NCBI GenBank assembly: GCA_041288095.1
Contig: JBGGMJ010000108.1
Location: 1 to 10,358, forward strand
Origin: Myxococcota bacterium
GTDB lineage: Bacteria; Myxococcota; XYA12-FULL-58-9; JALHOP01
Reading direction: 5' to 3'
DNA: 10,358 nucleotides
In this document: piece after piece, positions 7,803-10,358 of the stretch
Position numbering within the stretch: the first letter of the stretch is position 1
Layout of the letters: each line of letters begins with the position of its first letter
Translations under genes and position numbers: made by a program
The notes under the pieces: model-generated
The model's input: only the letters and a program-made list of their open reading frames with translations
Database searches by the model: none
What the model was told of the DNA's origin: nothing

Positions 7803-7830
7803 GCCAACCCCACCAGCGGGTTCGTGAGCG

Positions 7831-7843
7831 TGTACGCCGTACA
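7831..7843. promoter_or_regulatory. Palindrome in the divergent promoter region, candidate operator
   Basis: TGTACG-C-CGTACA is a perfect dyad inside the 106-bp intergenic gap between divergent genes. Confidence 0.4.
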
Positions 7844-7908
7844 ACGATCGCGAGTCACCGGGTTGCGGGCGTGGGGCATGGCGACGACTCGTCACAGGGG
7901 ACCAGACG

Positions 7909-9669
7909 ATGAAGAGCAAGCGGCTCATCGAGCTTGTGTCCGCCATTGCGGTCTTCGCTATTTCGATGCCCATGGCCCGCGAGGCGCGCGCCCAAGCCAA
8001 CGCGTGCATGCCCGACGACGGAGTGCTCGAAGCGCATCGCTACCTACGCGCCATGAGCCTCGACCTGCGCGGAGAGCTGCCGAGCGACGATGAGCTCGCC
8101 GCGCTCGACGCGGCCGCCGATCCACTGACGCGGGCGCGGGAGCTCGAGCGCGAATGGCTCATGAGCGACGCCTTCGCCGAGCGGGTGGTGCGGCGCCATC
8201 ACGACCTCCTGTGGAACAACCTCGGGAACCAGGGCCTCGTCGGCAACCAACAAGGCATCGCCCCGACACGCGTGCCTCTCGAAGACGGCACCACGGCGAC
8301 CAAGCTCATCTACACGCGCCCGGCCAACAACCGATCGCTTCTGTACCGCGGCATCATGGTCGGCGGAGCGTTACCCGTCATCACCAAGCAGATCCCCTGC
8401 CTCGCCATCCCGCAAGCGACCCTGAACGCGATGACCGATGCCCAGATCAAGGCCAAGTGGGGCACCACGGTGACGTATGGGGAGCGCAACGGCATCCGTT
8501 ACATCGACCTGAGAAATCCGTTGAGCGCCACCGACACCAACGTCGACACCCTCTACCACCGTGAGGGCTACGTCGACGTGCATCCGTTCTGGGCGCCGGC
8601 GACCACCATCTCGATCTGCGCTTTCGACGGCCAGGAGCGGGAGGTCAGCGTCGACGGCGTCACGCGCTGCGATGACACCTTCCTCATCGGCAACGACCTC
8701 TCCTGCGGCTGCGGCCCATCTCTCCGCCATTGCGGAGTTGGTGAGGTGACGACGACGCTGCTCAAGTCGTTCGCCAAGGCGGTCGACCTGCAGGTACGCG
8801 ACGCCGTGCAGGGCGGTGGCAATTACTACGACGGCCTTTTCCTGTCGTCCAAGACCTACGTCAACGGCCCGATGGCCTTCTTCTACACCTATCTCAATAC
8901 CGTCTACCGGCAGCTCGACCTGGCACCGGCCCCGGTGCCCAACCTGCCCAGCGACCTCATCGACTTCACCAAGGTCGATGACTGGCGCGCCATCGAGGTC
9001 GGCCCACACGCCGCCGGTGTCTTGACCTCGCCCGGCTTCCTGCTGCGCTTTCAGACCAACCGCGCCCGCGCCAACCGCTTCTTCGACAAGTTCCTCTGTC
9101 TGCCGTTGCAGGCCCCGGCTCAAGGACTCCCCGCCCCCGACGATCCGTGCAGCGCCGAGCCCGACCTGCAGAAGCGTTGTGGTTGCGGCTACTGCCACAT
9201 CGTCCTCGAGCCGGCAGCCGCCCACTGGGGGCGCTGGAGCGAGTCGGGCGCCGCGTACTTGAGCGCCGCCGAATACCCCAAGGATCGCACCGACTGCACG
9301 GCCTGCGCCGCCAGCGGCAATCCGGCGTCGTGCAGTCTCGAGTGTCGCCAGCGCTATCACATCACGCCGCAGATGGCGGGCGACCCCTACCTCGGTGTCT
9401 TCAGGCCTTACGTCTTCTTGAAGGAGCAACACTTCGCCAACGTCGAGAACGGGCCACGCCTCTTGGTGCTGTCATCGATGGTCGACGGCTCGCTCCAAGA
9501 CTGCACAGTGAGGCAAGCCTTCGAGTGGCTCGTTGGGCGCGCACCGGAAAGCAACGACGAGGAAGCGTGGGTGGCGCAACTTGGCGACGACTTCGCCGCC
9601 GCCAATTACGACTATGGGGAGCTCATTCGCGCCATCGTCGAGAGCGACAACTACAGGAGGGTGCCATGA
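7909..9669 (+). CDS. Secreted Cys-rich CxxCH protein with DUF1549-like N-terminus and DUF1585/DUF1553-like C-terminus (planctomycete PSCyt/PSD-type cytochrome-like family)
   Basis: AGGGGA RBS at 7896-7901 and a Sec signal with probable ARA|Q cleavage. Motifs: YLRAMSLDLRGELPS..E, HAAGVLTSPGFL...RANRFFDKFLC, CGYCH (9184-9198), CTVRQAFEWLVGR...DFAAANYDYGELIRAIVESDNYR. 17 Cys counted. Confidence 0.8.
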   Translation: MKSKRLIELVSAIAVFAISMPMAREARAQANACMPDDGVLEAHRYLRAMSLDLRGELPSDDELAALDAAADPLTRARELEREWLMSDAFAERVVRRHHDLLWNNLGNQGLVGNQQGIAPTRVPLEDGTTATKLIYTRPANNRSLLYRGIMVGGALPVITKQIPCLAIPQATLNAMTDAQIKAKWGTTVTYGERNGIRYIDLRNPLSATDTNVDTLYHREGYVDVHPFWAPATTISICAFDGQEREVSVDGVTRCDDTFLIGNDLSCGCGPSLRHCGVGEVTTTLLKSFAKAVDLQVRDAVQGGGNYYDGLFLSSKTYVNGPMAFFYTYLNTVYRQLDLAPAPVPNLPSDLIDFTKVDDWRAIEVGPHAAGVLTSPGFLLRFQTNRARANRFFDKFLCLPLQAPAQGLPAPDDPCSAEPDLQKRCGCGYCHIVLEPAAAHWGRWSESGAAYLSAAEYPKDRTDCTACAASGNPASCSLECRQRYHITPQMAGDPYLGVFRPYVFLKEQHFANVENGPRLLVLSSMVDGSLQDCTVRQAFEWLVGRAPESNDEEAWVAQLGDDFAAANYDYGELIRAIVESDNYRRVP

Positions 9670-10325
9670 AGCTCGAGTACGCTTTAGCGGCCGCCCTGGT
9701 AATGCCGCTCGCCTGCAATGTGTCCGATCCCGACGGGCCGGACTTTGCCGACGACCCCGGGCCGGGCGACGTCACCGAGCCGCGCCGCGAACCGGTCGTG
9801 GTGCAACGCGAGCGACGCCGTCTGGACATCGATCAACTCGATGCCGCCATCAAGCGCGTCACGGGTGGCCTGTACTGGGTGCGGGTCGGGGACACCACCA
9901 AGACCAACCAGCTCGTCGCCCTCGCAGCGAGCCTCGGCAAGCCCGACTACGTTGAGATCACCGAGGAAGACCTGGCGCCGACGTCGCTGTTCCTCAAGTT
10001 CTTGAACGACGCCAGCCGCGCCGTCTGCGCCGAGCTCATCAAGGCCGAGGCGACACGTCCCGAGCGGGTCTTCGTGGCCCCAGCGTCTTTCACCGATCAG
10101 CCGGGATCTCCGGTGGTCGACGCGACCTTGCGACGAGCCATCCTCCGTTTTCACGGACAGAAACCAGATGATGCTTCGCTGTCACCGTGGGGCACGTTGT
10201 TCGCCACGGTGGTCGCACGAGACGCCGCGGTCAACGCCGCCGGCAGCGCCGAGGACCACGTGAAGGCAGGCTGGAACGCGGTCTGCGTCGCGCTCATCAC
10301 CCACCCCGACTTTTACACCTACTGA
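9666..10325 (+). CDS. Putative lipoprotein (219 aa) resembling the C-terminal part of DUF1553/PSD-type domains
   Basis: ATG 9666 overlaps the upstream stop (ATGA). MKLEYALAAALVMPLA-C is a lipoprotein signal followed by a D/P-rich linker. Motifs: RRRLDIDQLDAAI..VTG and C-terminal WNAVCVALITHPDFYTY. The ORF-track start at 9147 overlaps the upstream gene and is rejected. Confidence 0.8.
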   Translation: MKLEYALAAALVMPLACNVSDPDGPDFADDPGPGDVTEPRREPVVVQRERRRLDIDQLDAAIKRVTGGLYWVRVGDTTKTNQLVALAASLGKPDYVEITEEDLAPTSLFLKFLNDASRAVCAELIKAEATRPERVFVAPASFTDQPGSPVVDATLRRAILRFHGQKPDDASLSPWGTLFATVVARDAAVNAAGSAEDHVKAGWNAVCVALITHPDFYTY

Positions 10326-10335
10326 GGATGCAGCC

Positions 10336-10358
10336 ATGAAGAACGAAGCCGGATTGAA
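10336..10358 (+). CDS. 5' end of the next operon gene (MKNEAGL...), truncated by the window edge
   Basis: GAGGA RBS at 10324-10328 overlaps the previous stop, and ATG at 10336 is open to the edge. The product cannot be determined from 7 codons. Confidence 0.6.

Noticed and set aside
7793..7807. Sigma54-like TTGGCATGGCTTGCA on the minus strand
   Set aside because: GG-to-GC spacing is 8 nt rather than the required 10, and the motif overlaps the start codons.
7803..8009. N-terminal extension of the FG-GAP ORF to 8009
   Set aside because: It overlaps the divergent gene at 7909 and would bury the lipoprotein signal that begins at 7802/7793.
9147..9665. N-terminal extension of the lipoprotein ORF (392-aa version)
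   Set aside because: It is an Arg-rich off-frame reading inside the CxxCH gene. The signal peptide begins at ATG 9666.

Overview
High-GC bacterial window with a Myxococcota/deltaproteobacterial-like gene repertoire (taxonomy is an inference). From left to right: (1) the first codons of a minus-strand gene that leaves the window, preceded by a ~430-bp hairpin-rich intergenic region; (2) fused 23S rRNA methyltransferase rlmKL (-); (3) a divergent pair encoding a tandem-PilZ protein and a DMT/EamA transporter (+); (4) a ~1200-aa predicted lipoprotein with three Ig-like repeats and 14 FG-GAP blades (-); (5) divergently from it, an operon encoding a secreted Cys-rich CxxCH protein with DUF1549-like and DUF1553/DUF1585-like segments, a translationally coupled lipoprotein, and the start of a third gene. 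The most interesting candidate system is the divergent locus at 4170-10358: an N-anchored 'inverted integrin-alpha' double beta-propeller facing what looks like a split planctomycete-type PSCyt2/PSD1 cytochrome module. All domain calls come from motifs read by eye, with no database searches.
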